Positions 17,696 to 28,366 of a DNA stretch of 64,000 bases are shown here, piece after piece. Every line of letters begins with the position of its first letter. The first letter of the stretch is position 1. Source of the DNA: an uncultured delta proteobacterium (GTDB taxonomy: Bacteria; Myxococcota_A; Polyangia; Polyangiales; B10-G4); the NCBI GenBank assembly GCA_963727445.1, contig CAVSGI010000009.1:704001-768000 (forward strand), given 5' to 3'. The notes below the pieces were generated by a model, which made no database searches, was not told the origin of the DNA, and was given only the letters and a program-made list of their open reading frames with translations. The position numbers and the translations under genes were made by a program.

Positions 17696-20600
17696 ATGCG
17701 AATCGAAGTCGAGAGGCCGTCGCCATCCTCCGCGCGCACCTTCGGCCCCTACCGAGTGATCGCGCCCCTCGGTCGCGGGGGCATGGCGACCATCTATCGC
17801 GCGGTGCACGTCGAGAGCACAGAGCAGGTCGCCGTCAAGACCGTGAGCGCGGCCAACGAGAAGGTGGTGCAGAGCATTCGCCGTGAGGTGCGCGCGCTCT
17901 CGCGGATCCGTCATCCGGGTATCGTTCGGATCGTCGCCGATGGGGTGGAGGACGGCCTGCCCTGGTATGCGATGGAGCTCATCGAGGGCACGACCCTCGC
18001 TCAGCTCGCGCAGAAGCCCCGCTCTTCGACTGGTGATCTGGGCTCCGCGGAGGACGCGGATGGGGGCGGAGCGGATGTCGCTGGCAAGCGCCTGGAGTTC
18101 GAGGCGCTGATCACCCTCGCCCGCGCGATCTGTCCGGGGCTCGCCTACCTGCATGGCGAAGGGCTCGTTCATCGCGACCTCAAGCCCGACAACATCGTGC
18201 TTCGCGACGACGACAGCCCGGTGCTCGTCGACTTTGGTCTGGCCAGCGTCTCGCGGCGCACGAGTCGTGAAGCCCTCGAGGTGCGCCCGGACCTGTCGGG
18301 AACCGCCGCCTACGTGTCGCCCGAGGCGATCCGGGGAGACGCGGTGGACGCCCGCTCCGACCTCTACGCCCTCGGCTGCATCCTCTACGAGATGGCCACC
18401 GGCCGGACGCCCTTCGCCGCCTTCACCAAGTCGGCGGTGCTTCGCGGCCATCTCGAGTCCACCCCGACCCCGCCCTCCAGCCTGGCGGCCGGGCTCCCGC
18501 CCGCATTCGACGCCCTGGTCCTCGCCCTGCTCGAAAAGGAGCCGCGTCATCGGCTCGGTCACGCCGACGACGTCGCGCGCGCCCTGGGCGAGATGGGGGC
18601 CCGGCCGCTCCGACGTGCTCTTCCCACCTCGCGCGCCTACCTCTATCGGCCGGGCTTCGTGGGACGCCGGCCGCAGGTGGAGCGCATCGAGGCCGCGCTC
18701 GGACGCGCGCGCGCCTCCGCTGGATCGCTCCTGCTGGTCGGCGGGGAGAGCGGCATCGGCAAGACGCGGCTCGTCAACGAGATGGGGCTGCGCGCGGCGC
18801 GGAGCGGCTTCCGCGTCTACTCCGGCGAGTGTCGCGCAGAGGGGGGCGGCGCCCTCGGCGCATTTCAAAAACCGCTCGCGCAGCTCGCGGATCGGTGCCG
18901 CGCCGGAGGGGAGGCGCTCACCGCACAGCTCTTCGGTGAGGGCGCCAAGATCCTCGCGCCCTACGAGCCGACCCTCGCGGCTCTGCCGGGGGTGGAGGCG
19001 ATGCCGGATCCGCCGCCGCTACCCACAGCCGATGCGAAGCTGCGCGTGTTCCGGGCCATGAGCGAGGTCCTGACGCGGCTCGCTGAGGACGCGCCCCTGC
19101 TCTTGATCCTCGACGATCTCCAATACGCCGACCGCCTCAGCCTCGACCTGCTCGCATTTCTCGCGCGACAAGTCGGGACCAGCCCCATCCTGTTGATGGC
19201 GACCTACCGGACCGAGGAAGCGCACGCCGCTCTCGAGTCGCTTCTTCGAAGCACCGATACCGCACATCTGTTGCTCGAACGCCTCGACGACGACGATGTC
19301 GCGGCGATGGTGAGCGACATGCTCGCCGACGAGGGGCCGGCCCACCTCGGCGCGTATGTGGCGAAGCACGCCGAGGGCAATCCCTTCTTCGTCGCCGAGT
19401 ACCTGCGCGCCGCTCTCGAAGCCGAGCTGCTATCCCGCGATGCGTCCGGGAGCTGGAAGCTGCGCGAGTCGGTGGCCGACGCGCCCGAGCTCGAGCTGCC
19501 CCTGCCGAAGGTGCTCCGGGAGCTGGTGCATCGCCGATTGGAGAACCTCTCCGCCGACGCCGGCGCGCTTCTCTCCGCCGGTGCGGTCATCGGCCGGGTG
19601 GTCGACGTGGAGCTGCTCCTCCGCGTCAGCACCCGCGACGAGAGCCGGGCCTTCGACGCCATCGAGGAGCTCGTGCGCCGGCAGGTCCTCGAGGACGCGG
19701 GGCCAGGGCGGGTGCGCTTCACCCACGACAAGCTCCGCGAGGTCGCCTACGGGGCGATTGATGAGGCGGAGCTCCCCGACCTCCACCGCCGGGTCGCGGA
19801 GCTCCTCGAAGGGGAGGGTTCGGCCGATGGGCCCATCCCCTACGCCGCCATCGCCCACCACTACACACGGGCGGGGCTGCCGAAGCGCGCCGTCGAAGCG
19901 CTGCATCACGGAAGCGCCGAGGCGTTGAGCCGCAGCGCGTACGGCGCGGCCGCAGAAGGCTACGAGCAGCTGCTGTCGGTGGGCGACTTCTCCGACATGC
20001 GGCGGACCGAGTGGGAGCACGGCCTGGGCGAGGCCCTGCTCGGCCTCGGCGACGTGCAGCGCGGCAAGGAGCGCCTGGTGCGCTCCCTCGAGCTCGATGG
20101 GCTGCCGGTGGCCGACGACAAACCGCGCATCGCGGCTGGGCTCGCGGCACAGTTGAGTCGGCAGATGGGCCACCGCCTGTTGCCCCAGACGATGATCGAG
20201 CGACCGGGTGAGCGCGCCCAGCTCCTGCGCACCACGCGGACCTATCAGCGCCTGGTGGAGACCCACTGGTTCGAGAACGACGTCGGGCGGATGGTCTTCT
20301 CCGCGCTTCACGCGCTCAACTTCGCCGAGCGCGCCGGCCCCTCCATCGAGCTCGCCCGCTGCTACGCGATCGTGGGCCTCGCCGCCGGAAGCATCCCCGT
20401 GCACCGCGTCGCCGAACACTACGCGCGCCTCGCCTCTTCGACCGCGTCCGCGGTGGGAGATCCCGCGACCGAGGCCTATGTGCTCTTCATCAGCAGCGTC
20501 TACAGGCTCGGCACCGGCGCCTTCACGCGCGTCGAGACCGACCTCGGGCGCGCCGCCGATTCTCAGCCTGCGCATCACCGACCCCCGCTACCACGGCGAG

Positions 20601-21251
20601 AGCCTCACGGTGCTCGGGCTGTCGGCGCTCTACCGGAACGACCTCGACCGCGCCGACGAGCTCTTTCGCTCGGTGGGGGACTCGGGACGTCGATACGACA
20701 ACCAGCAGCATCGCGTGTGGGCCGCCGTCGGGCGCTCGGTGGTGCTCTACCGGCGCGGACAGTACGCGGACGCGGAGACGCTCCTTCGCCAGGCCGAGGA
20801 GCTGCTCTCGGTGTCGGGGCCACCCCTCGAGTGGCTACGTCTTCACGGCCTCAGGGCCAGCATCCTCCTCGAAGCGGGCGACGTCGCCGGCGCCGAGCTC
20901 TCGGCCGCGCGCGCCGAGACGTTGATGGCGAACATGTCGGTGCCCACGTCTCATTACCTGCTCGAAGGCTTCGCCGGCATCGCCAACGTGCGACTCGCGC
21001 TCTTCGAGCCGGTTCGGCGCCTGTCGGTGGCGCGCGCGAAGCGCGCCGTCGGCTCGCTGACGCGATACGCCTCCCTCTTCGCCATCGGTCGTCCCCGCGC
21101 CTTCGCCGCGCGGGCGGGCCTCGACCTCCTCGAGGGCCGAAAGTGGCGCGCGCGACGGGGCTTCGCCCGGGCGGAGGAGGAGGCGCGGCGGCTGGGGATG
21201 CTCCACGAGATCGACCACGCGCGCGCGCTCGCGAACCGCCTCGGGCTCTGA
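17696..21251 (+). CDS. Ser/Thr kinase - P-loop ATPase (STAND/AAA_16-like) - TPR protein; +1 indel at about 20560
   Basis: LGRGGMA, VAVK, HRDLKPDN, DFG, SPE; GESGIGKT and LILDDLQ; helical repeats; the C-terminus continues in ORF 20208-21251. Confidence 0.88.
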
Positions 21252-21273
21252 CTCACCCGGGCGCCGCTCGTGT

Positions 21274-22671
21274 ATGATGCGGGCGGTGACGGAGACCCTC
21301 AGCTCCAGCAGTGGCAAAGTGACCCTCGAAGGGGATCGGGCCGTGCTCCGCGGTGGGCAGCTGGTCCTCGCGATGAACCTCGCGCGCCCCACCGATCGAC
21401 CCGCCGGGTTCGCCCTCGCCTTCGTCCGGCACGTCTTCGTCGGACGCGGTGAGGAGCGGAGCTGCGAGCGCGACAGCAAGGGCAAAGCGACCACCCTCAA
21501 CATCCGTGTCCCGGACAACTTCATGTCGGGCGCCCACTTCCATCTGGAGCACGTGGCCGGCACATGGGTCGCGGAGGACGCCGGGTCCAAGAACGGAACC
21601 AAGCTCAACGGCGCACCGCTCAAGCGCGCCAACCTCGAGGACGGCGACATCCTGGTGAGCGGCAAGACCGTCTTCCTCTTTCGCGCCGACGTCCCGGTCT
21701 TCGAGGACGAGCCCGACCTGGATCTCTCCGGCACCAAGGTGGAGGACGCCGCGACCACCACCCTGCACACGCGCTTCGCGAGCGAGCTCGGGCGCCTGTC
21801 GCGCGTGGCCCCCTCGCAGATCCCGATCCTGGTGCACGGCGAGACGGGGACCGGCAAGGAGCTGGTGGCTCAAGCCATCCACCGGATGACCGGACGCAGC
21901 GGACCCTTCGTGGCCGTCAACTGCGGGGCCCTGCCTCCCACGCTCATCAGCAGCGAGCTCTTCGGCGCCAAGAAGGGTGCGTACTCCGGGGCGACCGAAA
22001 ATCGCGCCGGCCTGGTGCGGAGCGCCGACGGTGGCACGCTCTTTCTCGACGAGATCGCCGAGCTTCCCCTCGAGGCACAGGCCGCCTTCCTCCGCGTTCT
22101 GCAGGAGAGCGAGGTCATGCCGGTGGGCGGCGACAAGCCGGTGCCGGTGGACATCAAGCTGGTGGCCGCGACTCACCGCGACCTGCCCGAGCTCGTCGAG
22201 GAGGGCAGCTTCCGGGAGGACCTCTACGGCCGCGTCGCCGGCTACGAAGTGCATCTGCCCCCGCTGCGCGAGCGGCGCGAGGATCTGGGCCTGTTGGTGG
22301 GCAACATCCTCGAACGCAAAGGGCTCACTCAGACGACGCTCACGGAAGAGGCGGCGATGCTCCTCTTCGAGTACGCGTGGCCGCGCAACGTGCGCGAGCT
22401 CGAGCACGCGCTGATGAGCGCTGCGGTGGTGGCAGGCGAGGAGGCGATCGACGTGGCGCACCTGCCGGCCAGTGTCCGCGAGCCCGAGAGGACGAGCTCC
22501 CGCCCTCCGTCGGTCTCTCCCTCGGAGCCCGATTTCGTCGCGCTCATGAAGAAGCACGACGGCAACGTCAGCCAGGTGGCGCGCGAGCTCGGCACCTCGC
22601 GCTCGCAGGTCCGTCGTCTCGCGAAGCGCTACGAGCTGGACCTCGACCAGCTGCGTCGAACCACCGATTAG
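21274..22671 (+). CDS. Sigma54-dependent enhancer-binding protein with N-terminal FHA domain
   Basis: FHA motifs (VGR, MSGAH, DAGSKNGTKLNG); GETGTGKE, ELFG..KGAYSGA, FLDEI, FREDLYGR, WPRNVREL; C-terminal HTH. Start may be GTG 21286. Confidence 0.93.
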   Translation: MMRAVTETLSSSSGKVTLEGDRAVLRGGQLVLAMNLARPTDRPAGFALAFVRHVFVGRGEERSCERDSKGKATTLNIRVPDNFMSGAHFHLEHVAGTWVAEDAGSKNGTKLNGAPLKRANLEDGDILVSGKTVFLFRADVPVFEDEPDLDLSGTKVEDAATTTLHTRFASELGRLSRVAPSQIPILVHGETGTGKELVAQAIHRMTGRSGPFVAVNCGALPPTLISSELFGAKKGAYSGATENRAGLVRSADGGTLFLDEIAELPLEAQAAFLRVLQESEVMPVGGDKPVPVDIKLVAATHRDLPELVEEGSFREDLYGRVAGYEVHLPPLRERREDLGLLVGNILERKGLTQTTLTEEAAMLLFEYAWPRNVRELEHALMSAAVVAGEEAIDVAHLPASVREPERTSSRPPSVSPSEPDFVALMKKHDGNVSQVARELGTSRSQVRRLAKRYELDLDQLRRTTD

Positions 22672-22730
22672 CACTCCTTGATCAGCCTTCTGCCTGGGAA
22701 GCGTTGGAAGCCGCGGCGACCGTTTCGACG

Positions 22731-22767
22731 AACGCGCCCGGGGTGAGCCTCTCACCGCGGGCGTTTT
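22731..22767. terminator. Hairpin between convergent genes
   Basis: GCCCG-G-GGTGAG-cct-CTCACC-G-CGGGC followed by GTTTT. Confidence 0.55.
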
Positions 22768-22770
22768 CGA

Positions 22771-23778
22771 TCAGTCCTCCGGGTACGCCGAGGGGAGCCG
22801 GGCGTCGAAGCCACCGTGCCTGCCCCACGACACGCCGAGGGTGACCCCGGAGGCGTCGATCGGGTAGGCGTGGCGCGTGATCACGTCGGGTGACTGATCG
22901 CCGTCGAGGTCGACCAGCCCGGTGATCCGTTCGCAGCACGTATCGCCGAACGAGAGCTCCATCTCTTCGTCCTCGATCGGTTGCCCCGCGTCGAATACCT
23001 CGAAAGACTCGTCGTTGGTCTCGCACGGCCCTCGACGCGGACACGTGCGCAGCCGAACGTAGAGGCGTTCCCCCTGGCGCCAGGCGACGGTCTCGATTCG
23101 CTTGCCCCGCGGAGTCGGGCGGTCGCGGTCCCGGTGGATGAGCGCTTCCTCTTCGGCGGTCGGCTCGCGAACGAGCAGCTCCCGCGGTCGCGCGTCGCCC
23201 CTGGCAAAGATCCCGAAACGGACGGCCTCCTCGCCCCCCTCGCATCCTTCGACGCCCACCGCGGGGACCCACTCGGCGTCGTCGCGTGTCACGGGCCCAG
23301 ATGCGTCGAGCGTATCCACCAGCCCCACGAACACGGGCTGGCCCGTCGTTCCTTCACAGACCGCGCCGTTGGGTCGGACGACGAAGATGGGCTCGCCGCT
23401 CGTATCCGCCGCGTCGCGTGGCGCGACGAAGAGCTGAAAGCCACATCGGTCGGGCGCGCAGCTCGCGAGCAGTTCCGCTCCCTGATCGGGCGCCTCTCCG
23501 CCCTCTACCGTGACGTAGAGGTGGCCGCGCCCGTCTCGGTAGACCGCCCGGAAGTCGATCGCTGGATCGGATTCCTCCACCGCCGTCCGAGCCGCCGGGG
23601 GCGTCTCCATCTCCGACCCAGCCTCGGTCTCCGTCTCCGAACCCGATGCGGGCTCCGAAGTGGTTTGCGTGTTCGCCGCTTCGACCGCGTCGTCAGGGGC
23701 CGGTCCCGCGGGCTGCGCGTGAGATCCGCCACACGCGAGGGCGAAGCAAGCGAGCCACATGGCCAAAGGGCGGGACAT
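22771..23778 (-). CDS. Hypothetical lipoprotein
   Basis: Lipobox FALAC; acidic linker; DLDGDQSPD motif. Confidence 0.7.
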   Translation of the reverse strand: MSRPLAMWLACFALACGGSHAQPAGPAPDDAVEAANTQTTSEPASGSETETEAGSEMETPPAARTAVEESDPAIDFRAVYRDGRGHLYVTVEGGEAPDQGAELLASCAPDRCGFQLFVAPRDAADTSGEPIFVVRPNGAVCEGTTGQPVFVGLVDTLDASGPVTRDDAEWVPAVGVEGCEGGEEAVRFGIFARGDARPRELLVREPTAEEEALIHRDRDRPTPRGKRIETVAWRQGERLYVRLRTCPRRGPCETNDESFEVFDAGQPIEDEEMELSFGDTCCERITGLVDLDGDQSPDVITRHAYPIDASGVTLGVSWGRHGGFDARLPSAYPED

Positions 23779-23831
23779 CGAGCGCTGATGCTACGGATCA
23801 GCGATGCACGTGTCGATGGCGCACAACCGAC

Positions 23832-24956
23832 TCAGGCCGCAATCTCGGCCGCGATCCGCCGCGCTTCGATCCCGATCTCGCGCAGCATACCGGTGGGCGC
23901 GACGTAGAAGCCGCAGAAGTAGAGCCCCGGGGCGGCTGCGCAGCCGCTCTTCTTCGGGTTCCCGCGCTCGTCACAGACCTGGTCTTCGCCCGCGAGCATG
24001 TCGGTGATCTTCGGCTGGTAGCCGGTCGCGAGCACCACCGCGGCGAACTCGTCTGTCACGCCGTCGACGAAACGTACGCCGTTCTCGGTGAAAGACTCGA
24101 TCCCCTGGCGCACGGTGATGTGACCTTCGCGGATGAGTGCGATGGTGCCGATGTCGAGGAGGGGGATGCGGCCGTCGCGGCGGATCTGGGTGTTCGGGCC
24201 GTAGGGGAGCTTCCTCAAGCCCAGCTTCTCGATGTCGCCGACGAACGCTCGTACCAGCGGTTTCGAAAGGAAGTCCGCGACGCGCATGGGTAGGACGCTC
24301 ATCGCGATGCCGACGCCGAGCACGGGCACGCCGAAGAAATCCCGCGGCACCACGTTCACCCGGCTCCGTACCGAGATCGTGGGGCGCGCGCCGTGTTCGT
24401 GGAGATCGATCGCGATCTCACCACCCGAGTTGCCGAAGCCCACCACCAGCACTCGCTCGCCGCGCCACCGCTCACCGTCCGCGTATTTCGAGCTGTGAAC
24501 GATCTCGCCGCGAAAGCTCTCCATCTTCGGCCAGCTCGGCACGTGGGGGACGCGGGTGTAGCCGGTGGCGAAGACGACGTTCGTCGCTGCAAAGGAGCCC
24601 TGGGACGTCTCCACCTCGAAGCCATCGCCGTCGCGCCGCACCGAGGTGACCTCGTGCCCGAAGCGCGGCGCGAGGCCCTGCACCCGCGCGTACCGCTCGA
24701 GGTACGCGACCACCTGCTCCCGCGGCGGATAGCGCGGCGCGTCAGCTGGCCAGGGCATGAAGGGAAGCGCCGACAGGCCCTTGGTGGTGTGCAGGTGCAG
24801 ACGTCGGTAGTGATGCCGCCACGCGGTTCCGACGACCTCCGTCTTCTCGAGCAGTACGTGCTCGACGCCTTCGTGCTTCAGGCAAGCCGAGGTCGCGAGA
24901 CCCGCGGCGCTCGCCCCGATCACGACGGTGTTCGTTCGCTCCACTTCATCCAGCAT
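23832..24956 (-). CDS. Flavin-containing monooxygenase (FMO/YUCCA-like)
   Basis: IGASAAG FAD motif, LHLHT, FRGEIVHSSKY (FxGxxxHxxxY), GFGNSG, LATGY. Confidence 0.9.
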   Translation of the reverse strand: MLDEVERTNTVVIGASAAGLATSACLKHEGVEHVLLEKTEVVGTAWRHHYRRLHLHTTKGLSALPFMPWPADAPRYPPREQVVAYLERYARVQGLAPRFGHEVTSVRRDGDGFEVETSQGSFAATNVVFATGYTRVPHVPSWPKMESFRGEIVHSSKYADGERWRGERVLVVGFGNSGGEIAIDLHEHGARPTISVRSRVNVVPRDFFGVPVLGVGIAMSVLPMRVADFLSKPLVRAFVGDIEKLGLRKLPYGPNTQIRRDGRIPLLDIGTIALIREGHITVRQGIESFTENGVRFVDGVTDEFAAVVLATGYQPKITDMLAGEDQVCDERGNPKKSGCAAAPGLYFCGFYVAPTGMLREIGIEARRIAAEIAA

Positions 24957-25016
24957 CTCAGGTCCCTTTCAGAGATGTAATGGGCGTGCAGCGATCCGCT
25001 GGTGATGTTGCTCTCC

Positions 25017-26378
25017 ATGCAGAGTTGCGCCCGCGCTCGATTCGCCCGTGTCGGGGCGGTCTTCGCGTCCGTCGCCACCCTCACGCTGGTGGGTTGCGGG
25101 ACCGCCATGGGCGACCGCCCGGCCCATGAACCGAGCCGCAGCGAAGCCGCGCAGGACGAGATCGAAGTGCTGCGCGCGGCCGCGCGGCCGATCGAATCGC
25201 CGGACGACCTCGGACAGGTGATCGCGTGGGTCGGCGACGCGCCCTTCGTGCTGATCGGCGAGGCCTCGCACGGCACCGAGGAGTTCTATCGCTTGCGTGC
25301 CGAGCTCACCAAGCGCCTCATCTTCGAGAGCGGCCTCGACGCCGTGTTGATCGAAGGTGACTGGTCGAGCGTGGCCCGCGTGGATCGTTACGTCCGCGGG
25401 CTCTCCGGGGATCTGAGCGCGCATCACTCGCTCGCCGAGTTTCGGCGTTTCCCGCTCTGGATGTGGCGCAACGAGGCGGTGGTCGACTTCATCGAGTGGC
25501 TGCGCCAGTACAACGAAGGACTCCCGGCCGAGCAGAGGGTCGGCTTCTACGGACTCGATCTCTACAGCCCCCAGCAGTCCGCTGCCGCGCTGTTCCGGTC
25601 GCTCCCCCCGGACGCCGCCGCCCGCGCCCGCGCGCGCCTCGACTGCTTCGTCGGCCCTGGTGTGTCTCCGGGCGGACACGTTCGCGAAAACGAGCGCGAG
25701 GGCAAGATGGAGGCCTGTTCCCGCGACCTCGCCGCTGAGGTGACCGAGCTCGAGCGCTCCGGTGCGACCCTCGACCAGGTCGAGAACGCCCGCGTCGTGC
25801 GCGACGCCGCACGCTACCGCACCGTCGAGGGCGAGCCGTCGTGGAACGTCCGCGACCGCCACATGGCCGAGGCCGTCGACGCCATCCGCGCGCACTACGC
25901 GGCCTCGCGCGGCACGCCCCGCCTCGCGATATGGGCGCACAACTCGCACCTGGGCGACGCGCGCGCCACCGACGCGAGCCTCCGCGGTCAGGTGAACCTC
26001 GGCCAGCTCCTGAAAGAACACTACGGCGACAAGCAGGTCTTCAACATCGGCTTCAGCACTTACACCGGCGAGGTGACCGCGGCGTCGGAGTGGTACGAGC
26101 CCGCGCACAAGAAGCAAGTGAACCCAGGTCGTGACGACAGCTACGAGGGCGTCCTCCACGACGTCGGCGGCGGCACCTACGCCCTCGACCTCCGGGACCC
26201 TGCCGTGGCTCGGGCCCTCGAAGAGCCGCGCCTCGCGCGCGCGATCGGCGTCGTCTACCGGCCCGACACCGAGCGCCAGAGTCACTACTTCTCCTCCGAG
26301 CTCCCGGCGCAGTTCGACGCGGTGATCCACGTCGACACCACCACCGCGCTCGAACCGCTCGACGGGTGGCAGGAGTAG
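25017..26378 (+). CDS. Erythromycin esterase family protein (probable lipoprotein)
   Basis: IGEASHGTEEFY, FPLWMWRN, GFYGLDLYS, WNVRDRHM, WAHNSHLGD; lipobox LVGC. Start approximate. Confidence 0.9.
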   Translation: MQSCARARFARVGAVFASVATLTLVGCGTAMGDRPAHEPSRSEAAQDEIEVLRAAARPIESPDDLGQVIAWVGDAPFVLIGEASHGTEEFYRLRAELTKRLIFESGLDAVLIEGDWSSVARVDRYVRGLSGDLSAHHSLAEFRRFPLWMWRNEAVVDFIEWLRQYNEGLPAEQRVGFYGLDLYSPQQSAAALFRSLPPDAAARARARLDCFVGPGVSPGGHVRENEREGKMEACSRDLAAEVTELERSGATLDQVENARVVRDAARYRTVEGEPSWNVRDRHMAEAVDAIRAHYAASRGTPRLAIWAHNSHLGDARATDASLRGQVNLGQLLKEHYGDKQVFNIGFSTYTGEVTAASEWYEPAHKKQVNPGRDDSYEGVLHDVGGGTYALDLRDPAVARALEEPRLARAIGVVYRPDTERQSHYFSSELPAQFDAVIHVDTTTALEPLDGWQE

Positions 26379-26394
26379 CGGCGGCCGAGCCCTC

Positions 26395-28323
26395 TCAGAT
26401 CGCGCCCAGGTCCTCGGCCGGCTCGGGGACGGGCAGGCTGCGGGCGTCGAGGTTCGAGCCGTTGTCGACGTACTGAACCCCGTCGGAAATTCGCCCGGTG
26501 TCGAAGGACGGCTCCGCGACGCACGCGCCGATCTCACACGAACCCACCACGCCCGTCGAAGCGTCGGCGTCCGCGCCTTCTCCGACGTAGAGGCCACAAA
26601 GCGCTGCGCCTCGGATGTCGAAAGCGCTCAGCCGAAGGGTTGCACCGGTGTAGGCCGCGGCGCCGTGAGCGAAGCTGGCGCCGTCCGTACAACCGTCTTC
26701 CGCGCACGTCCACGGATCGATCTGGTCGACGCGTAGGTCGTTCACGGTGAGCGTGGCGCGCGAGGTCGCGAGAGCGCCGAAGCCATGCGCCCTCTGCACA
26801 CGCACGCGGTCGAGCTCGACGCTCGCCCCCGTCTGGGCATGCACGCCGTGGCCCCAGGCGCCGGAGGCGCCGTCGCCTGCGAGGCCCTGAAACACCAGGT
26901 CCTCGAGCGTGGCCTGGCTTCCTTCGTCCCCGATCAACAGCCCGAAGCCGCCCCCGTCGACGACCGCCACCCGGGCTCCGGTGAGCTCGCTGGCTTCGAA
27001 GGCCTCGATCGCGCGCGAGGAGGAGCCATCCAGATCGGCGCCGCTCACTCCGTCGATCACGACGTCTGCGAAGCTGATCTGGGCGTCTGGTCCGTGCGCG
27101 GACGCGCCGCAGACGCGGGAGCGCGCCACGCTCACGCGCTCGAGCTCCAGTCGCCCTCCGAGCTGCGACGAAAGACTGCGGCCGCTCAGCTGGTCGACCA
27201 TGCGTGACTGCACGTCCTCGATCCGCGCGTCCCGTAGATGCAAGACCGCCGCCGTCCCTTCCACACCGGCGCCCACTTCGTGGACATGGCCGATGAACGC
27301 CCGCTCGACCGTCACCTCCGCGCCTTCGCTCATCTCGAGCCCTCGGCCGAAGCGCCCGGCGCGCGCCGTCTCCTCGTAGGGGCTGACATCTCGAACCGAG
27401 ACGTCCGTGAGACTCGCTCGCGTCCCTTCGTTTCCGATCCAGATCCCGGTGGCGATCACCCGCTCGATGACCAACCCGTCGATCATGGCGTTGGCGCCGT
27501 ACTCGACCTGGAGGCCCCGCCCGAGCCCGGTCATGGGATCGCTCCGCATGTCGCGGACGGCGATGCGATGACCCTGAAGCTCGCCGTAGCTCACCAGCAA
27601 GCCGAAGCCCTGTGCGTCGTGAATCTCGACGTTTTCGAGGACGCCGGTGCCTTCGAGGACGTGGACGCCGAGCTTGTCGGCCTCGCCGATGGTGATGTTG
27701 CGGAGGCCGCCCCCCGCGCCGCGAATGAGCAGGGTGGGGACGTCGAGCGGCGCGGTGGTGGTGAGCACGGTGTCGCGCACGCACGCTCCCCAAAGGGTCG
27801 CGCCGTCGTCGAGGTAGACCGCCTCGTCGTAGTGCCCCGCCGCGAGGGCGACCACTCCGCCGGACGCTGCAGCGAGGCCGTCCCAGATGCTGCCGAAGGG
27901 GTTTGCGCGGGTCCCGTCGCCTCCGGTGGCGCCGGCGCGCACGTACACGACCGTCCCATCCGTCGGCAGATCGGGCGCCCATCCGTCGGCCGGGCAGGCG
28001 GTGCCGATGTCCTCGCATCCGGTGGCGCCGGGTGATTGCATTTGACCGGCTGGGCAATCGGCGGGCCCGCCTCCGCCGAAGGGCAGGCAGATCGTCAGGG
28101 CCTCACCCACCGTCGACTCCGTCCACCCGCTGGGACAAGGCGTCATGGCGGGGAGGGAGGGTGCGGCGGCAGGCGAGGTATCACCGCCTCCATCGCCTGC
28201 ATCCGTGCCGCCGTCACCGTCTCCCGCATCGTCCGAGCACCCCACCGTGGTCGCGAGCACGGCCACGAGGAGAGCGAAGGAGCGCCGGCAGAGAGGAGCC
28301 AATCCACCTCGAGAGGACCACAC
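26395..28323 (-). CDS. Right-handed beta-helix repeat lipoprotein
   Basis: Lipobox TVGC; VVYVRAGATGGDGTRANPFGSI motif; about 55-aa GRGL repeats; paralog of 58070-60353. Confidence 0.75.
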   Translation of the reverse strand: MWSSRGGLAPLCRRSFALLVAVLATTVGCSDDAGDGDGGTDAGDGGGDTSPAAAPSLPAMTPCPSGWTESTVGEALTICLPFGGGGPADCPAGQMQSPGATGCEDIGTACPADGWAPDLPTDGTVVYVRAGATGGDGTRANPFGSIWDGLAAASGGVVALAAGHYDEAVYLDDGATLWGACVRDTVLTTTAPLDVPTLLIRGAGGGLRNITIGEADKLGVHVLEGTGVLENVEIHDAQGFGLLVSYGELQGHRIAVRDMRSDPMTGLGRGLQVEYGANAMIDGLVIERVIATGIWIGNEGTRASLTDVSVRDVSPYEETARAGRFGRGLEMSEGAEVTVERAFIGHVHEVGAGVEGTAAVLHLRDARIEDVQSRMVDQLSGRSLSSQLGGRLELERVSVARSRVCGASAHGPDAQISFADVVIDGVSGADLDGSSSRAIEAFEASELTGARVAVVDGGGFGLLIGDEGSQATLEDLVFQGLAGDGASGAWGHGVHAQTGASVELDRVRVQRAHGFGALATSRATLTVNDLRVDQIDPWTCAEDGCTDGASFAHGAAAYTGATLRLSAFDIRGAALCGLYVGEGADADASTGVVGSCEIGACVAEPSFDTGRISDGVQYVDNGSNLDARSLPVPEPAEDLGAI

Positions 28324-28366
28324 CGAGCGTCGATAGACAACGACGGATCGAGCAGCGGCGCTCGCG

